From contig JBBTCT010000036.1 in the NCBI GenBank assembly GCA_038060895.1, forward strand, positions 39,168 through 103,167: a stretch of DNA of 64,000 nucleotides, written 5' to 3'. Positions 41,130-51,548 of this stretch are shown one piece after another. The DNA is from Planctomycetota bacterium. GTDB lineage: Bacteria > Planctomycetota > MHYJ01 > WSZJ01. Both the position numbers and the translations under genes were made by a program. The notes beneath the pieces are model-generated. The model was not told the DNA's origin, did no database searches, and saw only the letters and a list, made by a program, of their open reading frames with translations. Every line of letters begins with the position of its first letter. The stretch's first letter is position 1.

Positions 41130-42991
41130 GCGTCTTGTCCCGGTTGAAAGGGATGAAGAAGCGCTGGTGGGTGCTGCTGGGGACGCCGGTGGCGCTGGGG
41201 CTGGTGGTCGGGCTGTGGCTGCTGGTGAAGTGGGTGCAGTACCGCGCGTACCAGAACGTGGACCTGGTCGCGATCCTGCCGGACGACGCGCAGGGAGCGG
41301 TGCGGGTGAAGGGTTTTGCGGCGCGGTGGCCGGAGATCGCGAAGGCGCCGGCGATCGTGGCCCTCGCCAAGACCAGGAAACCCGGGCGTGGAGACGGGCC
41401 GCTCTCGATGACGGAGATGGCGGAGCTTTTCGGCGCGTCGATGCCGGAGGACGAAGCGCGCGTCATGGAGGCCACCGGGCGCGACTTCGCGGTCGCATTC
41501 CTTTACGGCGGCGGCTCGCAGGAATTCGTTGCCGCGACGCGTGTTCCCTTCAGTTACTTTCTCTTCCAGTCCTTCATCCGCCGCGCGGCGCCTCCCGAGA
41601 TTGCGCTCGAGTTTCGCGGCGACATCCTGATTGCCGGGTCGCGGCCGGACTGGGTGGCGACGGCCGCCGAGCGCGTGGAATCCGGCGAGCGGGGAAGGGT
41701 CGCGATCGAGCTCGAGACCGCGGCGCCGGAAGGCGAGCCCGCGTTCTGGTTCGACGTCGCGGCGCTTCGGAAGGACCCGAAGTACGGCCCGCAACTCAAG
41801 GAGGCCTTCAATTCGGTCCCGGTGCGCGAATCGATGTTCATGCTGGACCTGGACGCGGCGCGTTCGATGAGCGGGAAGCTGGTGCTGGACGGCGCGCTGG
41901 CGCGGCTCGAGGGGACGATGATGCTCTCGCAGAAGCTCGACGCCCGGCTCACGCACATGTACGGGATGCCGGACGGCGACCCCGGGTTTGCGGCCATGCT
42001 GCCGTCGAATACGTGCTACGCGACGGGGGCGAAGGCGGAAGCGGAGACATCGTGGGACTTCCTGAGGGACCTGACCCGGCCGCAGAAGGGTTCGAACCGT
42101 CGAAAAACGGTGAGCGAGGCGTTCGGGGACTTCGTCTCGAACGTCTACCTGTACCTGCACGACGGAATCGAGTCGTCCGAGGAGCACGGGAGCGCGAAGG
42201 AGTTCCGCGCCATGTTTACGCGGGACGTGGCCTTCGCGCTGACGGCCGAGAAGGAAGAGCCGTTCGTGGGGCTGACGTTGTTTGCCCGCGTGAAGGATGG
42301 GAAAGCGGCGATGGAAAAGCTGTACCAGTACTTTCTCTGGCTGAACGAGGATCCCGACAAGAAGGGCAATCCGAATGCCGCACTGTTCAAGCTCCGCTCC
42401 GAGGCCTACCTTGGACTGGACGTCCGGGTGCTTGAAGGGCAGCACGACATTCTCGGAAAGGGCGCCGAGCCGGCGTTCACGGCGATCAACGACGTGCTGG
42501 TATTGACGTCGAGCCTGGCGACGCTGAAACAAATCGCCGACGTTTCCCTGGCCGGAGCCGCCGGGTTCGCCGGCGGCGCTTCCGGAAAAGAGCTTCGCGC
42601 TGCCGCGCCTTCGGACGGCCCCGCGTGGGCCTACGCGGACGTCCGCGCCCTGCGCCATTCGCTGGTCGCGATGAAAGACCTGGCCGCCAAAACGCAGGTT
42701 GAGCGGGACGTCGAGGCGACGGGTCCCGCCAAAGTGCGCCAGAAAGTGGCCGAAAAGTTCCGAATGTCCTGGGAAGCGTCGAATCCGGGACAGGCGTGGG
42801 TGGAAGCGGCGCATGTCACCGATGTGGACAAGGCCTACAACGCGCACATTGAGTCCGAGCGGGTGCGCGTGGCCGCCGACATGGCGACATTCGCCTCACG
42901 GCTGAATGGTATTGCAGGAATGGCGTTTGTCGTCAGGCAAGGGAAGGGTGACTCGCTGGAGTGGCGCGCGGTACTCGCTGCAGAGAAATAG
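41126..42991 (+). CDS. Membrane-anchored hypothetical protein (DUF3352-like)
   Basis: N-terminal TM. AILPDDA, AAMLPSNT and PAFTAINDVLVLTSS patterns. Confidence 0.65.
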   Translation: MSVLSRLKGMKKRWWVLLGTPVALGLVVGLWLLVKWVQYRAYQNVDLVAILPDDAQGAVRVKGFAARWPEIAKAPAIVALAKTRKPGRGDGPLSMTEMAELFGASMPEDEARVMEATGRDFAVAFLYGGGSQEFVAATRVPFSYFLFQSFIRRAAPPEIALEFRGDILIAGSRPDWVATAAERVESGERGRVAIELETAAPEGEPAFWFDVAALRKDPKYGPQLKEAFNSVPVRESMFMLDLDAARSMSGKLVLDGALARLEGTMMLSQKLDARLTHMYGMPDGDPGFAAMLPSNTCYATGAKAEAETSWDFLRDLTRPQKGSNRRKTVSEAFGDFVSNVYLYLHDGIESSEEHGSAKEFRAMFTRDVAFALTAEKEEPFVGLTLFARVKDGKAAMEKLYQYFLWLNEDPDKKGNPNAALFKLRSEAYLGLDVRVLEGQHDILGKGAEPAFTAINDVLVLTSSLATLKQIADVSLAGAAGFAGGASGKELRAAAPSDGPAWAYADVRALRHSLVAMKDLAAKTQVERDVEATGPAKVRQKVAEKFRMSWEASNPGQAWVEAAHVTDVDKAYNAHIESERVRVAADMATFASRLNGIAGMAFVVRQGKGDSLEWRAVLAAEK

Positions 42992-43099
42992 CTCAACCTC
43001 TGTCCTGGCAATGACTTCTGAATAAAGGCGGCCGCTTCAGTCAATTTTGCACGCGAAGGGTGTGCAGGAATGTCCGAATCCTGCTAGGATCCCCGTCTC

Positions 43100-44539
43100 A
43101 TGGCACCCCGCACTTTCGACATTCTGCTCGCCCACGACAAACCCGAGAAGCTTGAGCGCTACCGCAACATGCTTCTGGAGGCGGGTGGGGGCTGGGACGT
43201 GGAGACAGCGACCTGCGGCGAGGAGGCCATTGAAAAGGCCGCCAGCGGCACCTTTTTCGTCGTCATTCTCGACGTCCTCATGCCGAACACCCGCAAGGAT
43301 GCCAAGGCGGGCCTTGCGGACCAGCAGGGGGGCATCTGGGCGCTCGAACGCATCGCCCAGAACAAGCCGTACCTCCCGGTCATCATGTTCAGCCAGCGGG
43401 AACTCGATGACGACATCATCGACAAAGCGCGGCGGCTCCGGATCTTCGACTACCTGATCCGAGAGGAGTCGCACTTCCAGTTCAAGTTCACGACCCGGGT
43501 CAAGAACGCCGAGGAAGTCTTCCACAATCGCCTGGAGACGCTCGAGCAGAAGTCGGAAATCGTCTACAAGTCCGGGCTGATGCAGGGAGTGCTGCTGGAA
43601 GCGCGGCGGGCTGCGAGGAGCGAGGCGCCGGTGCTGGTGGTCGGCGAAACGGGAACCGGCAAGTCGTTGATAGCCAAGGAGATCCACCGCTGGTCGAGCC
43701 GCAAGGACCACACGTTCCTCGTCATGAATTGCGCCGCGCTTCCCGAGACGCTCGTCGAGAGCGAGATGTTCGGGCATGTGGAAGGCGCGTTCACCGGGGC
43801 CGTCAAGCGGCGCAAGGGAAAGCTGGAAGTCGCGGACAAGGGAACGCTCTTCCTGGACGAAATCGCCGACATGACGCTCCAGACGCAGGCCAAGCTGCTG
43901 AGGGCGATCGAAGACCAGGAGTTCACGCCGGTCGGAAGCGAAGAAGCCAAGAAGGTGGATGTGCGGATCGTCTGCGCGACGAACAAGAACCTCGAGCAGA
44001 TGATCAAAGAAAAGACCTTCAGGGAAGACCTCTACTACCGGATCTGCTACGAGAAGATCGAAGTCCCGCCGCTACGGGAACGGCCGGAAGACGTGGGCCC
44101 GCTGGTCCAGTTCTTCCTCGCGGCGCACTCGCAGCGCACGGGGCGCCAGTTGTCCACGGATCCGAAGGTCGTCCAGCGCCTGCAGACCCTGACCCTCCGC
44201 GGCAACGTCCGCGAACTGCAGGGGATCCTGCAGGCCGGGATCAGCCGGATGGAGAAGAGCGAATCGACGCTGACCGAGTACCACCTGGAGAGCGAGCTTT
44301 TCGAGGGTGGCCGGTCGACGTCGGCGACCCTGATCCCGGACAAGGAAACGGTGCTCAAGTCCGTGCGCGCCGGGATTGATTTCAACAAGTCGGTCGAGGA
44401 ATTCCGCACCTTGCTCATCGACGCGGCGATGCAGGACGCCAATGGCGTCGGCGAGCGCGCCGCGAAGGCGCTGAAGCTGAACGCGCACACGCTGCGGCGG
44501 TACGTCAGGCACCGCGGCGAGCCGGAGGCGGGGGAGTAG
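43100..44539 (+). CDS. Sigma-54-dependent response regulator (NtrC family)
   Basis: Receiver domain (ILDVLMP), GETGTGKS, GAFTGA, FLDEI, FREDLYYR, GNVREL and HTH. Confidence 0.92.
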   Translation: MAPRTFDILLAHDKPEKLERYRNMLLEAGGGWDVETATCGEEAIEKAASGTFFVVILDVLMPNTRKDAKAGLADQQGGIWALERIAQNKPYLPVIMFSQRELDDDIIDKARRLRIFDYLIREESHFQFKFTTRVKNAEEVFHNRLETLEQKSEIVYKSGLMQGVLLEARRAARSEAPVLVVGETGTGKSLIAKEIHRWSSRKDHTFLVMNCAALPETLVESEMFGHVEGAFTGAVKRRKGKLEVADKGTLFLDEIADMTLQTQAKLLRAIEDQEFTPVGSEEAKKVDVRIVCATNKNLEQMIKEKTFREDLYYRICYEKIEVPPLRERPEDVGPLVQFFLAAHSQRTGRQLSTDPKVVQRLQTLTLRGNVRELQGILQAGISRMEKSESTLTEYHLESELFEGGRSTSATLIPDKETVLKSVRAGIDFNKSVEEFRTLLIDAAMQDANGVGERAAKALKLNAHTLRRYVRHRGEPEAGE

Positions 44540-44625
44540 CGGCCGCCGGAGGCGTCGAATTTTCTTGCTCCTCGCATCGCCCCCTCGGAAACTCCCCGCA
44601 CAGGGTATTTCTGGGGAGGTTTTTC

Positions 44626-45543
44626 ATGCGTCTCGTGGTTCTCTCGTTCTGTCTCTGCATGGTGACCGGATGTGCTTCGACCGACGACGGTGCGGGCCCC
44701 GCGCGTCTGACCGGTGACCAGAAACTGAACCGGTGTTTCGCAGAAATGAAGGTCACCACTTGCACCGTGGGCGGACTGCCCTCCTCAAAGGCAGGCGCTT
44801 CCGTCCAGGCGCGTGCCTCGACGAAAGTCGCCGCGAAGGACGGTTCGGCCGACCCGCACCACGCGAAGATCAAGGTCTTCGACCCGGCAGCCGATGGACT
44901 GAAGGACCCCGACGCCGCCGGGAACCTGCTCGTACCCGCCGGGGGCGCGCTTGTGGCGCTTCTTGGAAGCGGCGGAGCCGCGGTGTGGTTCCTGCACGAC
45001 ACTTCGAAGGGCGGGGGTGACGTCGAAATCGCCGGAGGTGGCGACACCCCGGTTTCCGTGCCGACCCAGCGCCCGACCGACCCGTCGAACGTGAGAATCA
45101 CGGCGAACACCCCGCGGGGGACCTTCGACTGCACTCCGATTGCCAGTACAGGCGAGGCCGTCTGCGCGCTTGCGCCACTGACACCTGAGGATGCCGGAAG
45201 AGTGACCCTGACGGCGACCGAAGGAGATCAGGTGGTTGGCACAGAAGTCATCAGCGCGGTCTACAACTCGATCCAATTCGTTCCGGAATCGATCCAGCCG
45301 GGGCAAACCGGCCAGCTGGTGGGGCAGTTCAGCCCGGCCGGGCGCAACATCCGGGTCGTCATTACGCTTCAGGGCGCCCAGACCACCCCGGTGCTCCTGG
45401 TTCCGGGAAAGGTGGCGGGTGGCCCCGGGAACTACACGATCACCCTCACCGGGTTGTCGCACACGCTGTCCGTGCCGATTCTCACGGTCCAGGGCGTGGA
45501 CCAGCCGATCCAGGCTGCCGCCGACGTCCAGGAGGTCAAATGA
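44626..45543 (+). CDS. Hypothetical lipoprotein
   Basis: GGAGG RBS, lipobox VTG-C, beta-rich sequence. Confidence 0.7.
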   Translation: MRLVVLSFCLCMVTGCASTDDGAGPARLTGDQKLNRCFAEMKVTTCTVGGLPSSKAGASVQARASTKVAAKDGSADPHHAKIKVFDPAADGLKDPDAAGNLLVPAGGALVALLGSGGAAVWFLHDTSKGGGDVEIAGGGDTPVSVPTQRPTDPSNVRITANTPRGTFDCTPIASTGEAVCALAPLTPEDAGRVTLTATEGDQVVGTEVISAVYNSIQFVPESIQPGQTGQLVGQFSPAGRNIRVVITLQGAQTTPVLLVPGKVAGGPGNYTITLTGLSHTLSVPILTVQGVDQPIQAAADVQEVK

Positions 45544-46553
45544 GGACGGACGCGCGATTTCTCTGGGCCATCCTGGCGCTCGGGACGGTTTCGGGGGGAT
45601 GCAAGCAGTCTGAGCCGGCGGAAGAGCGTAAGGCCGGAGAAGCGCCGAAGCGGACGCCGAAATTGGCGACGATGTACGTCGAGTCCAAAGGGGAAGCGCT
45701 GAATACGGGCGGGAAGAAAGTCGAGAAGTCGGATGAGGCGGGAAGCGCAAAGGGCGGTTTTTCGCCCAAGGACCTGCTGATGCCGGGGATGTTTGTTCTG
45801 GTATCCGGCGCGACGGCGATGGGAGGACCCCTTCTGATCCGGGCCATGGACAAGAAGGATCGGCCCGGCGAGCCGGTTAAGATCGCCGGGGGCGGTGCCG
45901 ACGGAACATTTGTCCCGGTAGAGACTTCGGGTGGAGCGACGGCAGTCTCGGCGTCGGGCGAGACCGGAGGTCCGGCCTTGCCGGCGGCTCCGGATCCCGG
46001 ATCCGTAACTGGGGTCGCGAAAGCCGAGCCGACCCTTTCTTCGACGACGCTGGCCACAGGTCGCGGCGTGGCCAGCACGCCGACCTCCATTCTGATGTCC
46101 ATGGGCTACGCAAGTGACTTCTCAGGGCCAAGTTACATCACAGGAACGATGACTTCGACCGGCAAGGAGATGTTCAAGGGGGTAGAGAACCACATCTACA
46201 CCTGGAATCTCACCGTGGACAAGACGGCGGCCCCGCGCAGCGGCACTGTGGACGTTTACGCGACTTTTTCCGGGTTGAAATCGGGTGATCTCGTCACGGT
46301 CATTCTCAGCGTAACCAGCGAAGCTACATTCACTTGCGACCACGTACCAGTGGTGTCGACCCCTCCGATCAAGGGCTGGAAGGACGAATGGCTCTTCAAC
46401 GTGATTCCCTATGAAGGCGCACCGCCTCTCAACATGTATTCCCTTACCTTTCGCCTCCCCAGCCCGGACGTCCCCGTACGCCTCGGTTTCCTGAAAGTCG
46501 AAGGCGAAACCGACATCGTTGGAGAATCTACGGCAGAGGTAACAATTCACTAA
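45540..46553 (+). CDS. Hypothetical lipoprotein
   Basis: ATGA overlap start, SGG-C lipobox, beta-rich C-terminus. Confidence 0.65.
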   Translation: MRTDARFLWAILALGTVSGGCKQSEPAEERKAGEAPKRTPKLATMYVESKGEALNTGGKKVEKSDEAGSAKGGFSPKDLLMPGMFVLVSGATAMGGPLLIRAMDKKDRPGEPVKIAGGGADGTFVPVETSGGATAVSASGETGGPALPAAPDPGSVTGVAKAEPTLSSTTLATGRGVASTPTSILMSMGYASDFSGPSYITGTMTSTGKEMFKGVENHIYTWNLTVDKTAAPRSGTVDVYATFSGLKSGDLVTVILSVTSEATFTCDHVPVVSTPPIKGWKDEWLFNVIPYEGAPPLNMYSLTFRLPSPDVPVRLGFLKVEGETDIVGESTAEVTIH

Positions 46554-46653
46554 CATTGCGTCCACTTCCGCACAAAGCACTGGCAATTCCGCAGTCTCTC
46601 CCATAGAATCCCCGCTTCATCGTTTTCGCCAGACCCCGAGGAAATCCGAAGTA

Positions 46654-48336
46654 ATGAAGAAGAAGTCCGCCGCGAAATCGCGCGCGCCCAAGGAAACGAT
46701 CGACACACGCTGGGATCATCTTGCCCAGGACATCGTCAAGACCCTTTGCCGTCGGCGCCCGATCCTCGCAACCCACCTCGGCATCCACGACCACGATGGC
46801 GAACTCCCGGATCCCTCGCGTGAAGCGGTTCGCGAGGACATTCACCTCGCCCACGAGTGGCTCAAGAAGGTCGAGGCGTTTCCCACGCGCGGCCTGTCAC
46901 CCGACCGGGCGGTAGACCGCGCGATCGCGGCGCAGTGGTGCCGCCTCGAACTCTTCGAACTCGAGACATGCGAGACCTGGAAGCGCCGGCCGGACGCCGC
47001 CCAGACCGCCGCCTACTCGGTCCTCCCGCTGTTCATCAACGAATTCGCACCGCTCAACGAGCGGCTCGACAAGATCCGTTCCCGCCTTGAAAAAATCCCG
47101 CACTTCCTCGAGCGCGCCCGTTCCCGCCTCGAGGAAGGTGTCACGCTCTGGGTCCAGGTCGCCATCGAAACCTGCGCTGCGGTTCCCTCGCTCTTTGAGC
47201 AGATCCGTGCCGCCGCTGAACGCTCGCTCGACCACGAGCGGTACCAGCACTTCTATGGGGCCACCCTCCGTGCCCGCACCGCAGTGCAGGACTTCGCCGA
47301 CTGGCTTCGCCGAGAGGCGCTGCCGCGGTCGAAGTCCGACTTCGCGCTCGGGCCCGCGAGGTTCAAGGAACTGGTGAAGCTTCGCGAGCTGGGAGCTTCG
47401 CCGGAAGCGATCCGGAGTTACGGACGATCGCAGCTCAAGAACCTGAAGGAACGGCTCAAGAAGCTGGCGGGCAAGGTAAAGCCCGGGGCGAAGCTGACGG
47501 AGGTCTCGAAGGAGATCCGTGAGAACAGCCCGAAGACGTTCGAGGAGGCCCTGGCGGCGGTGCGCGAGCAGGTGCTGCGGAGCAGGCAATGGGTGATCGA
47601 CAACGAGTTCGCCACGGTTCCGGAAGGCGAGTCGCTGGAGGTCGTCCCCACGCCCGCATTCGCGCGGCACCTCATGCCTTTCGGCGGCTACATGTCGCCG
47701 GCGCACTTCGACAGCGTGCAGCGCGGTTTTTACTGGGTCACGCCGGGGGACGCGGAGCGTCTCAAGGAGCACAATTTCGCGAGCCTGATGAACATGTCGG
47801 TGCACGAGGGCTACCCCGGGCACCACCTCCAGTTCGTCAGCGCGCACGGAAACCCCAGCCTGATCCGCGCCGCGATGGCCGACGGGACGGAGTTCATCGA
47901 AGGATGGGCGCACTACTGCGAGGAAACGGTGAAGGCGCGCGGGCTTGACAACACACCCGCGTCCCTCTTCGTCCAGACGCAGGACATGATCTGGCGTGCC
48001 GTGAGGATCGTCATCGACGTCGAGCTGTCGAGCGGGCGGATGACGCCAGCCGATGCCGTCGAGATGCTCCGCAAGGAGACCGGGATGGACCGGCTCGCGG
48101 CGGACGCCGAGGTCAAGCGCTACACGATGTCCCCCGGCTACCAGCTGTCGTACCTGTACGGGAAAAAGATGGTCCTCGAGCTCAAGACCTGGGCTTCGCG
48201 GAAAATGGGCAAGAAATTCACGGATCGCTTCTTCCATGACGCCCTCCTGCGCGCGGGATCGCTGCCGCTGGGCCACATGCGGAAGGAGCTCGAGTGGCGG
48301 ATCAAGGAGGCCCGGTCGAACCCGGTCAGTAATTAG
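46654..48336 (+). CDS. DUF885 family protein (putative metallopeptidase-like)
   Basis: ATHLGIHDHD, HEGYPGHHLQ, FIEGWAHYCE, EVKRY and PGYQLSY motifs. Confidence 0.9.
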   Translation: MKKKSAAKSRAPKETIDTRWDHLAQDIVKTLCRRRPILATHLGIHDHDGELPDPSREAVREDIHLAHEWLKKVEAFPTRGLSPDRAVDRAIAAQWCRLELFELETCETWKRRPDAAQTAAYSVLPLFINEFAPLNERLDKIRSRLEKIPHFLERARSRLEEGVTLWVQVAIETCAAVPSLFEQIRAAAERSLDHERYQHFYGATLRARTAVQDFADWLRREALPRSKSDFALGPARFKELVKLRELGASPEAIRSYGRSQLKNLKERLKKLAGKVKPGAKLTEVSKEIRENSPKTFEEALAAVREQVLRSRQWVIDNEFATVPEGESLEVVPTPAFARHLMPFGGYMSPAHFDSVQRGFYWVTPGDAERLKEHNFASLMNMSVHEGYPGHHLQFVSAHGNPSLIRAAMADGTEFIEGWAHYCEETVKARGLDNTPASLFVQTQDMIWRAVRIVIDVELSSGRMTPADAVEMLRKETGMDRLAADAEVKRYTMSPGYQLSYLYGKKMVLELKTWASRKMGKKFTDRFFHDALLRAGSLPLGHMRKELEWRIKEARSNPVSN

Positions 48337-48475
48337 GGAAGTCTTCGCGTGAAGGCTGCGCCCCGACGGGGCGCTCCATTCACGGCGTCCCTTGCCCTCG
48401 CCCTTCCCCGCACTTCCGGCCCCTCATCCTGTCGGGCCGAACACGACTTAACCTAGCTTCATCGAAAGGACCTGA

Positions 48476-49822
48476 ATGTCAGACACAGGACAGAGCCTCG
48501 CCCTCTTCGTCGATTTTGAAAACCTCGCCCTCGGCTTCGCCGGGACCCGCAAGCGCTTCGAAATCGAGAAAGTTCTCGACCGGCTCGTCACCAAGGGAAA
48601 GATCCTCGTCAAGAAGGCCTACGCCGACTGGACGCGCTTCGGCGATTACCGCCGCGAACTGCACGAAAACTCGATCGAGCTGATCGAGATCCCGAAGAGG
48701 TCGCAGGTCGGGAAAAACAGCGCCGACATCCGGCTGTGCGTCGATGCGCTCGACCTCTGCTACTCGAAGGCGCACCTCGACACCTTCTGCATCCTTTCGG
48801 GCGACAGCGATTTCTCGCCCCTCGTCTCCAAGCTGCGCGAAAACGGCAAGAACGTGATCGGCTGCGGGATGAAATCCTCGACCTCGAACCTGCTCGTCGA
48901 GGGCTGCGACGAGTTCATCTATTACGAGGACATCGAGCGCAACGCCACGGCCTCCGCGGCGGCGCCCGTCGTCACCACGACCGGCTCGCTGGACAAGAAG
49001 GCAGAGGCGCTTCAACTCCTCATGGACACCGCCCAGGCGCTCAAGCGCGAGGGCAAGGACGTCCTCTGGGGAAGCCTCATCAAGGACACGATCCGGCGCC
49101 GGAAGCCGCAGTTCGACGAGTCGTACCACGGCTACAAGAGCTGGAGCGACCTGCTCGAGGATGCTCAGCGGCGCGGCCTGCTGACGCTTTCGATCGACAC
49201 GCGAAGCGGCACGTACGTGATTTCGAATTTCAACCCGACGGGCGGAATTCTCGTTCCCGGGGCCGGCAGGCCGGGCGCGCCGATCCACGCCCCCGTCCGG
49301 GAATTCCCGCGTGAAAACGGAGGCCGACGCGACCACGGCCGCGACGACCGGGGCAACCGCGACGCCGCCGACCGCGCGGCCCGCGAACAAGCCACCCGCG
49401 AATCCGCCGAACGCGCTTCCCGTGAACAGGCCGAGCGCGCCAACCGCGAACGGGCCGAACGTGAGGCCGCCGAGCGCGCGGCTGCCGCAAGGGCCGCCGC
49501 CGACCAGCAGCCCGCCGACCACGCCGCGGCCGTCTTCCTGTCGCTTCCCGCGGCAGAGAGGGCCGAAGCGGAAGCCGCGGCGAGCCGGGAAGCGGCTCCG
49601 GCGCCCGAAGCGCCGTCCGAGATGGGGGCGGAAACCCAGGAGGAGCCCGTCGGCACGGAAGCGACGGCTTCCGCGATCGAGGCAGGAACGGCGGAACCGA
49701 AGCCCGCTGCCGGCGGCAGTGTCGACGCAGTGAAGAAAGCGGGAGTGCGCAGGCGCGGGAGGGCCGGCGTACGAGGCCGGGCTCCGCGGGCACCGCGGAC
49801 GAAGCGGCGGGAGGGCGACTAG
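48476..49822 (+). CDS. NYN (LabA/DUF88) domain protein with OST-HTH/LOTUS domain and low-complexity tail
   Basis: FVDFENL, KNSADIRL, SGDSDFSPL, CDEFIYY and PQFDESYHGY motifs. Confidence 0.9.
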   Translation: MSDTGQSLALFVDFENLALGFAGTRKRFEIEKVLDRLVTKGKILVKKAYADWTRFGDYRRELHENSIELIEIPKRSQVGKNSADIRLCVDALDLCYSKAHLDTFCILSGDSDFSPLVSKLRENGKNVIGCGMKSSTSNLLVEGCDEFIYYEDIERNATASAAAPVVTTTGSLDKKAEALQLLMDTAQALKREGKDVLWGSLIKDTIRRRKPQFDESYHGYKSWSDLLEDAQRRGLLTLSIDTRSGTYVISNFNPTGGILVPGAGRPGAPIHAPVREFPRENGGRRDHGRDDRGNRDAADRAAREQATRESAERASREQAERANRERAEREAAERAAAARAAADQQPADHAAAVFLSLPAAERAEAEAAASREAAPAPEAPSEMGAETQEEPVGTEATASAIEAGTAEPKPAAGGSVDAVKKAGVRRRGRAGVRGRAPRAPRTKRREGD

Positions 49823-49967
49823 CCTGCCGTGTCCGTGATCAGCAGGGACACAGCGAGGGCCGGGGACAATGATCCCTGGCCTTCGTTCGTTTCGCGAAGC
49901 AGGGAATGGCTGCTGCTCGGCCTCCCGCGCGAACTTTCCGGTTGGACGGGCCGAGGTTCCCGATTTG

Positions 49968-50849
49968 TTACAACGCGCTCCCGGTCAGCACCTGGTACGC
50001 CTGCAGATACTTCTCGCGCACCTTCGCGATGACGTCGTCCGGTAGCGCGGGCGCGGGCGGCTCCTTGTTCCAGCCCGAAGCCGTGAGCCAGTCGCGGAGG
50101 TACTGCTTGTCGTAGCTCGGCGGGTTTTTCCCCGGGACCCAGGATTCCTTCGGCCAGTAGCGTGACGAATCCGGCGTCAGCGCCTCGTCCACGATCATCG
50201 GCGCGCCGTCGTGCCAGCCCCACTCGAACTTCGTGTCGGCGAGGATGATCCCCTTCGTCAGCGCGTAGGCGTGCGCTTCGTTGTAGAGCTTGATCGACAG
50301 GTCGCGAAGGGCCTCGGCGACCTTCTTTCCCACGATCGTGATCATCCGGTCGAAGGTGATGTTCTCGTCGTGGCCCTCGTCGGCCTTCGTCGCAGGCGTG
50401 AAGATCGGCTCGGGGAGCCGGTCGGCTTCCTTCAGCCCCGCCGGCAATTGCACACCGCACACCTGCCCGCCCTCTTTGTATTCCTTCCAGCCGCTTCCCG
50501 TGATGTACCCGCGGACGACGCATTCGACGGGGAAGACGGAGACTTTGCGCACGGTGATCGCGCGCCCCGCGAATTCCTCCCGGCGGTCCTTCGGCACCTG
50601 CGGGATCTTTTCGATTTCCGTCTCGACCAGGTGGTGCCTCGCGACGCCCGCGAGTTTCCGGAACCAGAAATTCGAAAGTCGCGTGAGGACCCGGCCCTTG
50701 TCGGGGATTCCGTTGGGCATCACGACGTCGTAGGCGGAAACGCGGTCGGTGGCGACGAAGAGCAGCCGGTCGTCGAGGTCGTAGACGTCGCGGACCTTGC
50801 CTTTGCGGAAGAGCTTGAGGGGGAGGTCCGAGGTGAGCATGGCTTTCAT
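49968..50849 (-). CDS. purC: SAICAR synthase
   Basis: GKVRDVY, DRVSAYD, ECVVRGY, ADTKFE, TPDSSRYW and SYDKQ motifs. Confidence 0.96.
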   Translation of the reverse strand: MKAMLTSDLPLKLFRKGKVRDVYDLDDRLLFVATDRVSAYDVVMPNGIPDKGRVLTRLSNFWFRKLAGVARHHLVETEIEKIPQVPKDRREEFAGRAITVRKVSVFPVECVVRGYITGSGWKEYKEGGQVCGVQLPAGLKEADRLPEPIFTPATKADEGHDENITFDRMITIVGKKVAEALRDLSIKLYNEAHAYALTKGIILADTKFEWGWHDGAPMIVDEALTPDSSRYWPKESWVPGKNPPSYDKQYLRDWLTASGWNKEPPAPALPDDVIAKVREKYLQAYQVLTGSAL

Positions 50850-50891
50850 GGAGAGTCCTCGCGGGGGGCGGAAAGACGACAACCACGAAAG

Positions 50892-50924
50892 GAAAAACGA
50901 AAAACGAAAAAGGAAAAACGAAAA
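50892..50924. repeat. Heptamer tandem repeat GAAAAAC/G
   Basis: GAAAAAC GAAAAAC GAAAAAG GAAAAAC GAAAA directly abutting the ruvC stop. Confidence 0.75.
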
Positions 50925-51509
50925 TCAGCTGCGGGAGGAGCGGCCGGCGGCGAGGACCTGCACATCCTGGAGTGTCCAGCCCTTGCGGCGGGACCGGGGA
51001 CGCGCCGCGGCGGCCGGCGCCGGGCCGCGCGTGCAGTGGCAGAGCGCGAGTGCGAGGGCGTCGGAGGCGTCGGAAGGGCGCGGGGGCTCGGCGAGCCTGA
51101 AGGCGGCGGTGACCATGCGGGCAACGGCTTCCTTGGAAGCGGCGCCGTTGCCGGCGACGGCGAGTTTCACGGTCGCGGGCGGGTATTCGGCGAGTTCCAT
51201 GCCGTGCTGCGCCGCGACGAGCTTCGCGATGGCGCGCCCTTCGCCGATCTTTTCCATGGCGCGGATGTCCTTGCCGAAGAACACGTCCTCGAGCGCGAGC
51301 AGGGTGGGCCGGTATTTTTCGGCCAGCACGGTGAGCTGTTCGAAGATGACCTTGAGCCGGCCCGGAAGCGGCCCGCTGGCGCGAATCACTCCGTACTCCA
51401 CCGCCGTGAACGAATTCCCCGCGCGATCGACGATCGCGAACCCGACACGCAGAGTGCCGGGGTCGATCCCCAGCACCCGGCCGTCCACGAGGTTTTGTCG
51501 TCTTTGCAT
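50925..51509 (-). CDS. ruvC: Holliday junction resolvase
   Basis: LGIDPG, LEDVFF, EYPPATVK, GAASKE and DASDALALALCH motifs. Confidence 0.95.
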   Translation of the reverse strand: MQRRQNLVDGRVLGIDPGTLRVGFAIVDRAGNSFTAVEYGVIRASGPLPGRLKVIFEQLTVLAEKYRPTLLALEDVFFGKDIRAMEKIGEGRAIAKLVAAQHGMELAEYPPATVKLAVAGNGAASKEAVARMVTAAFRLAEPPRPSDASDALALALCHCTRGPAPAAAARPRSRRKGWTLQDVQVLAAGRSSRS

Positions 51510-51548
51510 GGTCCTGGTCGTTTCTACCCCCTACCCACTACCCCCTGC

